A stretch of DNA of 64,000 nt from an uncultured delta proteobacterium (GTDB lineage: Bacteria; Myxococcota_A; UBA9160; SMWR01): positions 544,001 through 608,000 of the forward strand of contig CAWHTE010000004.1 of assembly GCA_963832165.1 (NCBI GenBank). Direction: 5' to 3'. Under the pieces are notes generated by a model that saw nothing but the letters and a program-made list of their open reading frames with translations, made no database searches and had not been told where the DNA came from. Of this stretch, positions 8,134 through 18,197 are shown piece after piece. The translations under genes and the position numbers were made by a program. Each line of letters starts with the position of its first letter. Within the stretch, counting starts at the first letter, position 1.

Positions 8134-10005
8134 ATGGCTCGAAATGCGGTAGCGGGCGCTGCGGTGGTCTGCGCGGTTCTGCTGGCGGGTTGCGGCAACG
8201 GCTGGACGTCGCTCGGCACGCGCTCGAGCCAGACCCAAGCCAACATTGCGGTCGCGGCCGATCCCGACGCGGCGTGGAGCGACTACGATCCGCCCGCGCT
8301 CTATCCCGGTGGCGTCACCCAGAGCAATGTCGTCTTGACGATGGATGATGGCGTCGGGATCTCCCTTGACGTCACGCGACCGGCGACGCAGGAGATCGAA
8401 GCGCTGCCGACGCTCGTGACGTTCACGCCCTACAACAAGAACCTCGGCAACATCGTGCCGCTCGGCGGCGCCGTGAACCCGTACTTCGTGACTCACGGCT
8501 ACAACCAGGTGTTCATCGACGTGCGGGGAACGGGGCGATCGGAAGGCAGCTGGGATCCGTTCAGCGCGCGCGAGCAGCTCGACTATCCCCAGGTGCTCGA
8601 CTGGATCGTCGAGCAGCCGTGGAGCAACGGCGTGATCGGAATGTGGGGCCTGTCGGCCACCGCAACCACGGCGATGCTCGCGGCGGGGCAGAACCATCCT
8701 GCGATCCAATCGGTGTTCGCGGTCGTGCCGATGGGCGACGTCTACCGCGACGTGGTGTTCGTGGGCGGGCAGGCCAGCATCGCCTTCCTGCCGGCCTGGA
8801 TGTCGGTGGTGGCGCTCGTGGCCACGCTGAATCCGAGCTTCTACGACCAGCCCGAGCAGTACCTCGCGGCGGTGGCCGACCATCTCGCGGGTGCCAACGA
8901 TTTCATCGTGCCGCGCACGGTCGGCGTTCTCACGCAGGAACCGGGAACCGCGTACGACAACGACTACTGGGGCGTCAAGTCGCCGCTCGAAGTCGCAGCG
9001 GAGGTGCGCGTTCCGACCTTCATCGTGGGCGGCCTGTTCGACATCTTCCAGCGCAGCGAGCCGCTCAACTACGAAGCGATCAAGAACCAGACGATCGCGA
9101 AGCTCCTGATCGGTCCCTGGGACCACCTGCAGGCCGCGGACGGCGCAGGACTGCCGCTCGACGGCGTGCCGCCGCTGGATCGCATCGCGCTGCGCTGGTT
9201 CGATCGCTACCTCAAGGGGGTCGACAACGGAGCCGACGGTCTGCCCAACGTCACGCAATGGGTCTGGGGCCACGAGCACTTCGAGATCAGCCCCGACTGG
9301 CCGCATCCCGAGGCGCGCGCGCGGCGCTATTTCCTCCAGAGCGGAGGTCGCCTCGACATGGCATCGCCCGCGGTGGGCGCGCCGCCGAGCCTGGTCGTGC
9401 AGCAGCCCTTCAACGGCATCTGCTCGGAGAGCAGCCTGCAGATCTCGCTAGGTCTGCTGGGATACGCTCCGCTGCCGTGCTGGTACGAGAACAATCTCGC
9501 GCAGCTGCTCGAAGTCACGTTCGACACGCCGATCCTCGAGGAGGATCTCTACATCAATGGTCCGATCCAGGCCGACATCTGGATGTCCACCACGGCGCAG
9601 AACGCCGGCCTCGTGGTGCGCGTCTCCGATCTCGAGCCCGACGGCAGCGCCGTGGCGCTGACCAGCGGCGTGCACACCGCGTCGCTGCGCGCCGTGGACG
9701 AGAGCAAGTCGCGCTATCTGGACTTCGAGATGATCCAGCCGTGGCATCCGTACACGGTGGAATCCGAACAGCCCATCGGCATCGGAAACATCGTCAAGGT
9801 GCCCGTGGAGATCTTCACCACGAGCGCGCTGATCAAGAAGGGTCATCGCCTGCGCATCTCCGTGGGTGCGAGCAACTTCCCGTTCGGCATGATGCCGCTG
9901 CCCAACCTGCTGAACTCGCTGGCCGGCCTCATGACGATCTACAGCGATGCGCAGCACGCTTCGAGCGTCGTGCTGCCCGTGGTACCGGCGAGCGCGCTCC
10001 AGTAG
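8134..10005 (+). CDS. CocE/NonD family (peptidase S15) hydrolase, lipoprotein
   Basis: Lipobox LLAGC; TPY, DVRGTGRSEG, QPWSNG, nucleophile GLS, GPWDH, C-terminal GHRLRISV. Confidence 0.9.
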   Translation: MARNAVAGAAVVCAVLLAGCGNGWTSLGTRSSQTQANIAVAADPDAAWSDYDPPALYPGGVTQSNVVLTMDDGVGISLDVTRPATQEIEALPTLVTFTPYNKNLGNIVPLGGAVNPYFVTHGYNQVFIDVRGTGRSEGSWDPFSAREQLDYPQVLDWIVEQPWSNGVIGMWGLSATATTAMLAAGQNHPAIQSVFAVVPMGDVYRDVVFVGGQASIAFLPAWMSVVALVATLNPSFYDQPEQYLAAVADHLAGANDFIVPRTVGVLTQEPGTAYDNDYWGVKSPLEVAAEVRVPTFIVGGLFDIFQRSEPLNYEAIKNQTIAKLLIGPWDHLQAADGAGLPLDGVPPLDRIALRWFDRYLKGVDNGADGLPNVTQWVWGHEHFEISPDWPHPEARARRYFLQSGGRLDMASPAVGAPPSLVVQQPFNGICSESSLQISLGLLGYAPLPCWYENNLAQLLEVTFDTPILEEDLYINGPIQADIWMSTTAQNAGLVVRVSDLEPDGSAVALTSGVHTASLRAVDESKSRYLDFEMIQPWHPYTVESEQPIGIGNIVKVPVEIFTTSALIKKGHRLRISVGASNFPFGMMPLPNLLNSLAGLMTIYSDAQHASSVVLPVVPASALQ

Positions 10006-10060
10006 CGATCAGGTCCGCAGCCGGCGCGCAGCGCACAGCTGCAAGGGCCTCAGCGAACGC

Positions 10061-10432
10061 TCAGCAATAGTGCTCGACCGCCGCGAACAGCTTCGCGGGG
10101 TCGATCGGCTTCGGGAGCAGGGGAAGCCGGAGCGACGTCGCGCGCGCCATCGCTCCCATGTCCGCCGTCACCACCACCACGGGAATGGAGGCGAGCTCGC
10201 GGTCGGCGAGCATCTCATCGCGAACGTCCCAGCCATTCTTCACGGGCATCATGATGTCGAGAAGGATCAGGCAGGGCCGATCGCCGCCTCGCAGGCGGTC
10301 GAGCGCTTCCTGCCCATTCCGCGACACGACCGGATGGTAGCCGCGAAGACCGAGCAGCTCCGAGAGTGCTTCCGCGGTATCCGCGTCGTCCTCGACCACC
10401 AGCACGAGATCTGAATCGATATTCGTCATCAT
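10061..10432 (-). CDS. Single-domain response regulator
   Basis: VLVVEDD, ILLDIMMPVKNG, VVTA, LPKP. Confidence 0.92.
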   Translation of the reverse strand: MMTNIDSDLVLVVEDDADTAEALSELLGLRGYHPVVSRNGQEALDRLRGGDRPCLILLDIMMPVKNGWDVRDEMLADRELASIPVVVVTADMGAMARATSLRLPLLPKPIDPAKLFAAVEHYC

Positions 10433-11619
10433 TCGCTGTCCTGTTCCGAAGCCTTCGCTCCATTCGTATCGGTGCCGAGGGGCAGCTCCACCGTGAAAGT
10501 CGAGCCGGCCCCCACGACGCTGTCGAGCGCCACCACCCCGCTATGAGCGCGAACCAGGCGGTCCACGACGTAGAGTCCGAGGCCGAGCCCCGCGGTGTCG
10601 CGCGAAACGGCGCCGCGATTGAATCGATCGAAGATAGTTTCCCACTGGTCGCGGGGGATGCCGATGCCCTGATCGCACACGGCCACGCGCGCCCGGTCGC
10701 CCTTTGTGTCGACGATCACGTCGATAGGCCGTCCGCAGCCGTACTTGAGCGCGTTGGTGAGCAGGTTGGTGACGATCTGGCCGATGCGCAACGGATCCCA
10801 GACACCCCGAAGGTGCGCTGGCGCCGAGACGCGGATCTCCGTTCGGACCCGCTCCGCGTCGGGTCGGTAGGTCGCGACGATCTCGTTCACGACCGCCACG
10901 AGATCCATCGGCTCGGGCTTGATCAACAACCTGCCCGTGGCGAGGCGTGAGACGTCGAGAAGCCTTTCGATCAGATCGTTCAGGCGTGCCCCCTGCCGCA
11001 CGATGCTCGCGACTCTCTCGAGCAGCCCGGCCGGCATCGAGGTGCCGATGACAGCCTCGCTGCGGAGCACGACGTCCAATCCCGCAGCGTGCAACATGAG
11101 GGCATTCAGCGGAGTCCGCAGTTCGTGAGAGGCGATCGAAAGAAATTCGTCGCGGAGCCGAAGCGCGGTCTCGGCTCGAGCGAGCTTGAGTCGTTCTTCC
11201 TCGGCTTGCCGCCGCTCGGTCAGGTCCCGCGTGACCTTCGCGAGGCCGAGGAGATTGCCGCTGTCGTCGCGAACGGCTGTCAGGACCACATTCGCCCAGA
11301 ACAGCGAGCCGTCGCTCCGGACCCGCCAACCTTCATCTTCGATTCTTCCCCGCGCGATCGCGAGCTCGATCTCCCGATCGGGCTTGCCCGCAGCGACGTC
11401 CTCGGCGAGGTAGAACGTCGACAAGTGCCTGCCGATGATCTCGTGCGCGCGATAGCCCTTGAGGCGCTCCGCTCCGGGATTCCAGGTCGTCACGATTCCG
11501 GATGCATCGAGCATGAAAATGGCGTAGTCCACCACGCTGTCGACGAGCAACTGAAAGATGCCGGGCGCGGCGGTGTTCGCGGCCGGATCCGCCCCATCTG
11601 ACTGGTTGTCCTCGACCAT
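10429..11619 (-). CDS. Soluble PAS-domain sensor histidine kinase
   Basis: PAS (DYAIFMLD..WNPGAER..KVTRDLTE), H-box ASHELRTPL, NLLTNALKY, DQGIGI, GLGLGL; no TM segment. Confidence 0.93.
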   Translation of the reverse strand: MVEDNQSDGADPAANTAAPGIFQLLVDSVVDYAIFMLDASGIVTTWNPGAERLKGYRAHEIIGRHLSTFYLAEDVAAGKPDREIELAIARGRIEDEGWRVRSDGSLFWANVVLTAVRDDSGNLLGLAKVTRDLTERRQAEEERLKLARAETALRLRDEFLSIASHELRTPLNALMLHAAGLDVVLRSEAVIGTSMPAGLLERVASIVRQGARLNDLIERLLDVSRLATGRLLIKPEPMDLVAVVNEIVATYRPDAERVRTEIRVSAPAHLRGVWDPLRIGQIVTNLLTNALKYGCGRPIDVIVDTKGDRARVAVCDQGIGIPRDQWETIFDRFNRGAVSRDTAGLGLGLYVVDRLVRAHSGVVALDSVVGAGSTFTVELPLGTDTNGAKASEQDSE

Positions 11620-11710
11620 ATCTCCAACCGCTTCAACCGTCGGCCCGGAGAAATTTCGACGGGCTAATCACATGCGACGGGCGAAGGGAGTGCCAGAGTC
11701 TGCCTCATTG

Positions 11711-14008
11711 CTACGACGGCGCGCCGGGGTAGGGCGCCCGGCGGGAGCTCTGGCGCGCCGCACACGCGGCCACTGCGATCGCTCCTGCGGCCAACGCCCA
11801 CGGGAGCGCGGGCTCGGGCAGGGCGCCACCGCAGGAAGCTCCTCCCTGCGCGGCGAAACCGCTCGCAAGGATGTTGCGCGAGGAGCGGCCCACCATCACC
11901 TCATAGCATCCCGGCGCCACCGACCAGTCGTGCGCCGAAGTGTTCCAGTACGAGAATGCGCGTCGGTCGAGCGAGATGCGCGCGCGCGTGGTCTCGCCGG
12001 GCGCGAGCGCGACCTTGGCGAAGCCGCGCAGCACCTTCGGCGGCTGCGCGACCGGCGAGTTGCTCGGAAAGCCGAGATAGACCTGCACGACGTCGACACC
12101 CGCGCGCGCACCCGTGTTGGTCACGTCGACCTCCACGACGGCGCCGTCGCCCTCGGGTGTGATCGCGAGATCCGCGTATGCGAACGAGGTGTACGAGAGG
12201 CCGTGTCCGAACGCGTACGCAGGCTCGATCTCGTTGGCGTCGAACCAGCGATACCCGACCAGCAGACCTTCCTTGTAGACGACCCGTTCGAGCAGGCCGG
12301 GATACTTCTCGAGGTCGTTCGCGGTCGGCAGGTCGCCGTCGTGTTTCGGGAACGTAACCGGAAGCCGCCCGCCCGGATCGACGTCGCCGAAGAGCACGCG
12401 CGCGATGGCGGTTCCCGCGCCGACGCCGGGGATCCACGCCTCGACGATCGCGTTCACGTCGTCGCGCCACGGCGTGAGTACGGGTCCGCCGGTCTCGAGC
12501 ACGACGACCGTGTTCGGATTGACCTCGGCGACGGCCTCGATCAGGTGGTCCTGAAGCGGCGGCGGCAGGAACCCGCAGTCGAGGTGCAGGCACGGCTTGT
12601 CGGCGCCCTCGCCCGAGGTGTCGGCGACGAACACGAGCGCGACGTCGGCGCTCGCGGCGACCGCCGCGGCGGCGGCGCGGTCGTCGCCGGGGTGATAGAC
12701 GACTTCGATGCCCGCGGCGGCGGCGCGATCGCGGATCCCCGAGAGCGGCGTGATCGAGTAGCCCGGGAATGGCGTGATGCCCGCGGAGCCCGTGCGGGCC
12801 TGGAAGGTGTCCGCGACCGCGCCGATCACGGCGATCCTGGCGACGCCGGTACCGATCGGCAGCGCGCCGCGGTTCTCGAGCAGCGTGATCGCCTGCTCCT
12901 CGATGTCGCTCGCGATCTGGAGGTGGCCCGCCTTGTCGATCTGGTCGTCGTCGTCGACATAACCGTCTCGATCGAAGGCACCGTAGGCGAAGTGCGTTCG
13001 GAGGATCCACCCGACATGGGAGTCGACCGTGGTCGGGCTGGCGAGTCCCGCGAGCAGCGCGAGGTTCACCTGCAGCGGCGAGTACGAAATGCCGGGCCAC
13101 GGCTCGAAGTCGAGGCCGTTCTCGAGCGATCTCGCAGTGCCGTCCGGGTGGGCCGCGAGGTAATCGGAGAGCACGTAACCCTCGAATCCCCAGTCGTCGC
13201 GGAGCACGTGCTCGAGCAACCACTCGTTCTCGCACGCGTAGGCGCCGTTCAGGCGGTTGTACGAGCACATCACCGAGCCCACGTTCGCCTCGCGCACCGC
13301 CGCTTCGAACGCGGGCAGATAGACCTCGCGCAGCGTCCGCTCGTCGACCACGGCGTCGACCGTGAGGCGATTGCCGATCACGCCGACGCCGAGCGGGAGT
13401 CCGGGCAGCGAGAGCCCGACGCCCTCCTGGTTGTTGGCCGCGTAGTGCTTGACGCAGCCGATCACGCCCTGTGCCTGCGCACCGCGGATCCACCCGACGC
13501 CGATCCGGCTCACCAGGAACGGATCTTCGCCGTACCCCTCGAAGGTCCGCCCGCCGAGCGGCGTGCGCATGATGTTGATGGTCGGCGCGAACACGACGTC
13601 GTTGCCTTTCTTCTTCACCTCGTCGGCGATCACCGCGCCGTAGAGCTCGGCGGTGATGGGATCCCAGGTCGCAGCGAGGCCGATCGGCGCGGGCATCGCC
13701 GTGGCCGTGCGCTGGCGCGAGCCCATCGGGCCGTCGCCGTAGTAGATCGTCGGCAGCTCGACGCGCGCGACGCCGTTGCTGGTTCCCGTATGGGTCTGCC
13801 CCGAGGCGCCGAACAGGTCGTCGCCCGCGAGCAGCGACACCTTCTCTTCCATCGTGAGCGCGTCGAGCAGCAGCGCGGCGCGCTCGTCCGCGCTGAGCGC
13901 GGTGTCGCACCACGGATGGTCGCCGCAGCGGCCGGCGGCTGGCGCCTCGTGAGCGCAGAGCAGCACGGCCGCGACCACGCCGGCCGTGCCGATCCAGAGC
14001 CTCTTCAT
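11711..14008 (-). CDS. Secreted GH3 beta-glucosidase-like enzyme with Fn3-like domain and PEP-CTERM-like anchor
   Basis: Signal peptide; DGPMG, GRTFEGYGEDP, VKHY, nucleophile LSDY, FGHGLSYT; C-terminal LPEPALPWALAAGAIAVAACAARQSSRR. Confidence 0.9.
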   Translation of the reverse strand: MKRLWIGTAGVVAAVLLCAHEAPAAGRCGDHPWCDTALSADERAALLLDALTMEEKVSLLAGDDLFGASGQTHTGTSNGVARVELPTIYYGDGPMGSRQRTATAMPAPIGLAATWDPITAELYGAVIADEVKKKGNDVVFAPTINIMRTPLGGRTFEGYGEDPFLVSRIGVGWIRGAQAQGVIGCVKHYAANNQEGVGLSLPGLPLGVGVIGNRLTVDAVVDERTLREVYLPAFEAAVREANVGSVMCSYNRLNGAYACENEWLLEHVLRDDWGFEGYVLSDYLAAHPDGTARSLENGLDFEPWPGISYSPLQVNLALLAGLASPTTVDSHVGWILRTHFAYGAFDRDGYVDDDDQIDKAGHLQIASDIEEQAITLLENRGALPIGTGVARIAVIGAVADTFQARTGSAGITPFPGYSITPLSGIRDRAAAAGIEVVYHPGDDRAAAAAVAASADVALVFVADTSGEGADKPCLHLDCGFLPPPLQDHLIEAVAEVNPNTVVVLETGGPVLTPWRDDVNAIVEAWIPGVGAGTAIARVLFGDVDPGGRLPVTFPKHDGDLPTANDLEKYPGLLERVVYKEGLLVGYRWFDANEIEPAYAFGHGLSYTSFAYADLAITPEGDGAVVEVDVTNTGARAGVDVVQVYLGFPSNSPVAQPPKVLRGFAKVALAPGETTRARISLDRRAFSYWNTSAHDWSVAPGCYEVMVGRSSRNILASGFAAQGGASCGGALPEPALPWALAAGAIAVAACAARQSSRRAPYPGAPS

Positions 14009-14043
14009 GAGTGGCCCATCTCACCACGCGGCGGCGCGCCGCG

Positions 14044-16227
14044 TCAATCGCGAACGCGGATCCGGACCTGCGGCGCCTTCTCATCGCGCTCGTGGCGCGC
14101 GGCGATCAGCTCGTAGGCGATTGGTTCGACGATGAAATCATCGTGGGCCTCGTCGAAGTAGGCGAGCGAGCGGACCGCCAGCGCGATCTCCGCGATCCGC
14201 GTTTCGCCCGCGGGCACACAGACGCGCGTGAATCCGCGCAGCTCGCGCGGAGCGCGCTCGATCGCGGAGTCGATCGGCTCGGCGTAGAGCTGCACGATCT
14301 CGTCGACGTCGCGGTCGCCCGTGTTCTGAAGCGTCACGCTCACCGTGACCGTGTCGCCCGGCAAGACGTCACTGCGATCGACGGTCGCGGAGTGATAGGC
14401 GACCTCGCTGTACGAGAGTCCGAAGCCGAACGGGAAGGCCGGAGCGGATCCGTCGCGGTCGAGCTTGCGGTAGCCATGCCAGAGGTCGTAGGTGATGCGC
14501 CGCGCGTTGCGGTCGAAGTACGGCAGGTGGAGGGCGTCCGTGGGTGTGGCAAACGGCATCCTCCCGCTCGGCGAGACGTTCCCGAACAGCACGTCGGCGA
14601 GCGCGTGGCCTCCCTCCATGCCCGGATACCAGAGCATGAGGATCGCGGGCACGTCGCGGCGCCACGATTCCATGATCACGGCGCTGCCCGCCATCACGCA
14701 CACGACCGTGCGCGGGTTGGCCGAGGCGACCGCGCGGATCAGCGCCTCGTCCGCGGCCGGCAGCGAGAGCGATGCGCGGTCGCCGCCCACGCCCGGGTCG
14801 AATCCCACGGAGCTCTTGGGCCGGTGCGAGCGCGCGCCGAGCTTTGCGAGCGCGGCGAAGATGCGCGCCCAGAGCGGCCGCATGAAGCGCGGTGCGAACA
14901 GCCAGCGCAGCGGACCCGGCCGCGGAACGCCGTGCGCGAACGGCGCGAAGTCGGGCGGGAGCAGGTACTCGCCTTCGTCGCGATAGGTGTAGCCCGCGAT
15001 CACCACGGCAACGTCGCAGCGCGCAGCGAGCGCGCGCGCCGCGTCGAGCGACTCCCCCGGATCGTGGTGGACTTCACCGCCCGCTCCGATCGCCGCACGC
15101 AGGCCGTCGAGCGGCGTCACGACGTCGGCCGGGCGCGTGTCGCTCGAGCCGTGGTCGCCGAGATTCGGCGTCGCCGCGAGCCGCCCGATCAGCGCGATGC
15201 GCGCGGTGGCGTGCAGCGGCAGCACGCCGCCGTCATTCTGCAGCAGCACGATCGACTTCACGGCCGCCTCGCGCGCGAGCGCGCGATGCTGCGCGCAGCC
15301 GAGCACCGAGCGCGGCACGTTGCGGGGCTGCCCGAGCCGCCGGGATTGCGTGAGGATCCGGCGCGCGGCGTCGTCGATCCGCGCGAGCGGCACGTCGCCC
15401 GACGCGATGCAGCGCGCGAGATCGGTGTGGAAGTGCATCTGGAACGGCATCTCGAGATCCTGGCCCGCGAGGATCGCTCTCGCGGCGTCGCGCATCCCCA
15501 TCACGAAGTCGGTCAGCACGAAGCCCGCGAAGCCCCAGCGCCGCTTCAGCACGTCCGTGAGCAGCGCGCGGCTCTGTCCGCACCACTCGCCGTTCACGCT
15601 GTTGTACGCGCTCATCACCGCGGCCACTCCGGCGTCGACGACCTGCTTGAAGTGCGGCAGGTAGATCTCGTGGAGCGCGCGCGGCGAGATCTGCACGTCT
15701 ACCGAGAATCGCGCGTTCTCCATCGAGTTGAGCGCGAAGTGCTTGACGCACGCCATCGCGTGGCGCTGGACGCCGCGCGTGAGTGCGGCCCCGAGCGCGC
15801 CGAGCAGAACCGGGTCTTCGCCGTAGGTCTCCTGTGCCCGTCCCCACGCCGGATGGCGCAGCAGGTTGATGCACACGCCGCCATAGAGATTCGCGCCGAG
15901 CGCCTGGAGCTCCTGGCCGATCGCATCGCCGATCCGCTCTTCGAGATCCGCGTCCCAGGTGGCTCCGCGCGCCATCGTCACGGGGAAGGTCGTCGCGCCG
16001 CCCTCGAGCACGACGCCGCGCGGGCCGTCCGAGAAGCGCACGCCGTGGATGCCCAGCCGCGGGAGCACGCCCGCATTCCAGGGATGGCGGTGGTAGCCGC
16101 CGTTCATCATCTCGCGAGTGCCGCTCCAGAATGGCCAATCGCCGTCGAGCACGAAGAGCTTCTCTTCGAGCGTGAGCGCTGCGAGCAGCCGCAGGGTCTC
16201 CGGGTCGGCGCCGGATGCGGCGGTCAC
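14044..16227 (-). CDS. GH3 glycoside hydrolase without signal peptide
   Basis: GTG start overlapping the upstream stop; DGPRG, GRAQETYGEDP, VKHF, LTDF, FGFGLSYS, Fn3-like tail. Confidence 0.9.
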   Translation of the reverse strand: MTAASGADPETLRLLAALTLEEKLFVLDGDWPFWSGTREMMNGGYHRHPWNAGVLPRLGIHGVRFSDGPRGVVLEGGATTFPVTMARGATWDADLEERIGDAIGQELQALGANLYGGVCINLLRHPAWGRAQETYGEDPVLLGALGAALTRGVQRHAMACVKHFALNSMENARFSVDVQISPRALHEIYLPHFKQVVDAGVAAVMSAYNSVNGEWCGQSRALLTDVLKRRWGFAGFVLTDFVMGMRDAARAILAGQDLEMPFQMHFHTDLARCIASGDVPLARIDDAARRILTQSRRLGQPRNVPRSVLGCAQHRALAREAAVKSIVLLQNDGGVLPLHATARIALIGRLAATPNLGDHGSSDTRPADVVTPLDGLRAAIGAGGEVHHDPGESLDAARALAARCDVAVVIAGYTYRDEGEYLLPPDFAPFAHGVPRPGPLRWLFAPRFMRPLWARIFAALAKLGARSHRPKSSVGFDPGVGGDRASLSLPAADEALIRAVASANPRTVVCVMAGSAVIMESWRRDVPAILMLWYPGMEGGHALADVLFGNVSPSGRMPFATPTDALHLPYFDRNARRITYDLWHGYRKLDRDGSAPAFPFGFGLSYSEVAYHSATVDRSDVLPGDTVTVSVTLQNTGDRDVDEIVQLYAEPIDSAIERAPRELRGFTRVCVPAGETRIAEIALAVRSLAYFDEAHDDFIVEPIAYELIAARHERDEKAPQVRIRVRD

Positions 16228-17354
16228 GGGCTGCTCTTCGCGAGCGAGTCGAACGCGGCGCGCATTTCGGGTCCGGCTTCGAGCATGCGTTCGGCGAGCC
16301 GCAGCTGGGCGCGCGAGCGGTCGAGATTGTGGCCCGCGCGCGTGATCCGGAAATAGCGGTCGCCTTCGAGGTGGTCGGTCAGGAAGCGCACGCCGTTCTC
16401 GAGCGCCATGAGCGGCCCCGCGAACGCGAGCGCGCGGATCTCGTCGGCGTCGAGCAGCCCGCGTGTTCCCGCGACGAAGCCCGATGCGAGCGCGTGGAAC
16501 AGCGCCGGGTCGACGCGCACGCGATCGAGGTCGCGCTCGTCCTCCGCAGCCGGGCACGCTCCTGTGCGAGCGAGCTCGCCGAAGTCGAAGAGCACCGTGC
16601 CCGGCATCACCGTGTCGAGGTCGACCACGCAGAGCGCCTCGCCCGTGACGTCGTCGAAGAGCAGGTTGTTGAGCTTGCAGTCGTTGTGCACGACGCGGCG
16701 GGGCAGGGCGCCCGGCGCGAGCTCGGGTGCGCCGAGCACGCGGTCCACCGCGCGGCGTGCGGCGCCGAGCTCGGGCGCGACGTCCGCGGCTCGGCCGAGC
16801 TCGTCTCGCGCGGCGGCGCTCTCGAGTGCGGCGGCCCGGTCCGCGAGATCGTGGAAGCGCGGGATCGTCTCGGCGAGCTGGGCGGGATCGAGGTCGGCGA
16901 GCTCGGCGACGAAGCCGCCGAACGCGCGCGCGGCGGCAGCCGCCTGCTCGGGGGATTCCGGGTTGTCGACGGCGTGTGTGCCCTCGATGAACGGAAACGC
17001 GCGCCAGAAGCCGCCATCGGCGGCCCGGTGCAGCGCGTGGCCCGCGGGCGAGACGACCGGGTCGAGACACCGGCGCGCGACGTCGAGCACACCGCGCGCG
17101 CGCAGCGCGGCGCGCACGTGCGACGTCACGCGTACGATGTTGGCGGCGAGCGCATCGGGATCGCGGAACACCGACGCATTGATCCGCTGCACGACGAAGT
17201 GCTCGCCGATCCCCGCGCTGGAGCGGCACAGCGCGACGATCGTGTCGTGGATGTGCCCGCGCTTGAGCACCTCCGCTGCTTCGAGCGTGCGATCCGGGAG
17301 CAGCTCGAGCAGCGCGCCGCGCAGAATGGCGAGGTCGTCGAGCTCCGCCGTCAC
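16224..17354 (-). CDS. APH-fold phosphotransferase, N-acetylhexosamine 1-kinase (NahK)-like
   Basis: GHIHDT, QRIN..VF, HNDCKLNNLLF, VDLDTVMPG, RFLTDHLEGDRYF, HNLDR. Confidence 0.8.
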   Translation of the reverse strand: MTAELDDLAILRGALLELLPDRTLEAAEVLKRGHIHDTIVALCRSSAGIGEHFVVQRINASVFRDPDALAANIVRVTSHVRAALRARGVLDVARRCLDPVVSPAGHALHRAADGGFWRAFPFIEGTHAVDNPESPEQAAAAARAFGGFVAELADLDPAQLAETIPRFHDLADRAAALESAAARDELGRAADVAPELGAARRAVDRVLGAPELAPGALPRRVVHNDCKLNNLLFDDVTGEALCVVDLDTVMPGTVLFDFGELARTGACPAAEDERDLDRVRVDPALFHALASGFVAGTRGLLDADEIRALAFAGPLMALENGVRFLTDHLEGDRYFRITRAGHNLDRSRAQLRLAERMLEAGPEMRAAFDSLAKSSP

Positions 17355-18145
17355 GCGTCCCCGGAAATCCCCTGCGTGAACAGCGGCACGAGATTGGGGC
17401 CCTTGCGGATCGTGTGGCCGCCGTCGACCGGGATCAGCTGCCCCGTGATCCAGCTCGCCTCGTCCGAGAGCAGGAAGACGACCGCCTTGCCGATGTCGGC
17501 GGGCTCGCCGATGCGCGAGATCGGCATCAGGCGCAGGTACTCGTCGCGCGAGATCGGAATCTCCGAGAGCGCCGCGGCCATCGGCGTGCGCACGACGCCG
17601 GGCAGCACCGAGTTCACGCGCACGTTGTGGGTGCCGAGCTCGTCGGCGGCGCAGCGCGTGAGCATGTCGAGGCCGGCCTTCGACGCGCAGTACGGGCTCA
17701 TCCACGGGTGCGTGAGCGCGCCCGCAATCGAGCTGATGTTCACGATGCTGCCGCCACCCGCCGCGATCATCGCCTTCGCCTCCGCGCGCAGGCAGCGGAA
17801 CGCGCCCGTGAGGTTGGTCGCCATCACGCGCTCGAACTCGGCCGTGGAGATCTCCGTGATCGGCCCGGCCGTGCCCGTACCCGCGGAGTTCACGGCGAGG
17901 TGGAGTGCGCCGAAGCGCTCGACGGTCGCGGCGACCGCGGCGTCGACGGAGGCGTCATCGGTGATGTCGCACGCGACCCACGCCGCGCGGTCGCCCAGGC
18001 GCTTCGCGGCCTCGATCAGCGTGTCCTCGCGGCGCGCGCAGATCATCACGCGCCCGCCCGCATTCACGATCTCCTGGGCGCAGCCGAAGCCGATTCCCGT
18101 GGCGCCCGCGGTGACGAACGCGACCTTTCCCTCGAGATCCGCCAT
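17351..18145 (-). CDS. SDR family oxidoreductase
   Basis: TAGATGIG, NSAG, YCASK, VDGG; AGGAGGAG RBS. Confidence 0.92.
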   Translation of the reverse strand: MADLEGKVAFVTAGATGIGFGCAQEIVNAGGRVMICARREDTLIEAAKRLGDRAAWVACDITDDASVDAAVAATVERFGALHLAVNSAGTGTAGPITEISTAEFERVMATNLTGAFRCLRAEAKAMIAAGGGSIVNISSIAGALTHPWMSPYCASKAGLDMLTRCAADELGTHNVRVNSVLPGVVRTPMAAALSEIPISRDEYLRLMPISRIGEPADIGKAVVFLLSDEASWITGQLIPVDGGHTIRKGPNLVPLFTQGISGDA

Positions 18146-18197
18146 CGGTGCTCCTCCTGCTCGCGCGGACGTTATACCTTACGCGCGGAGGACGGTC

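Noticed and set aside
16224..17354. Aminoglycoside resistance gene
   Set aside because: APH fold, but the motifs and GH3 context fit a NahK-like sugar kinase.
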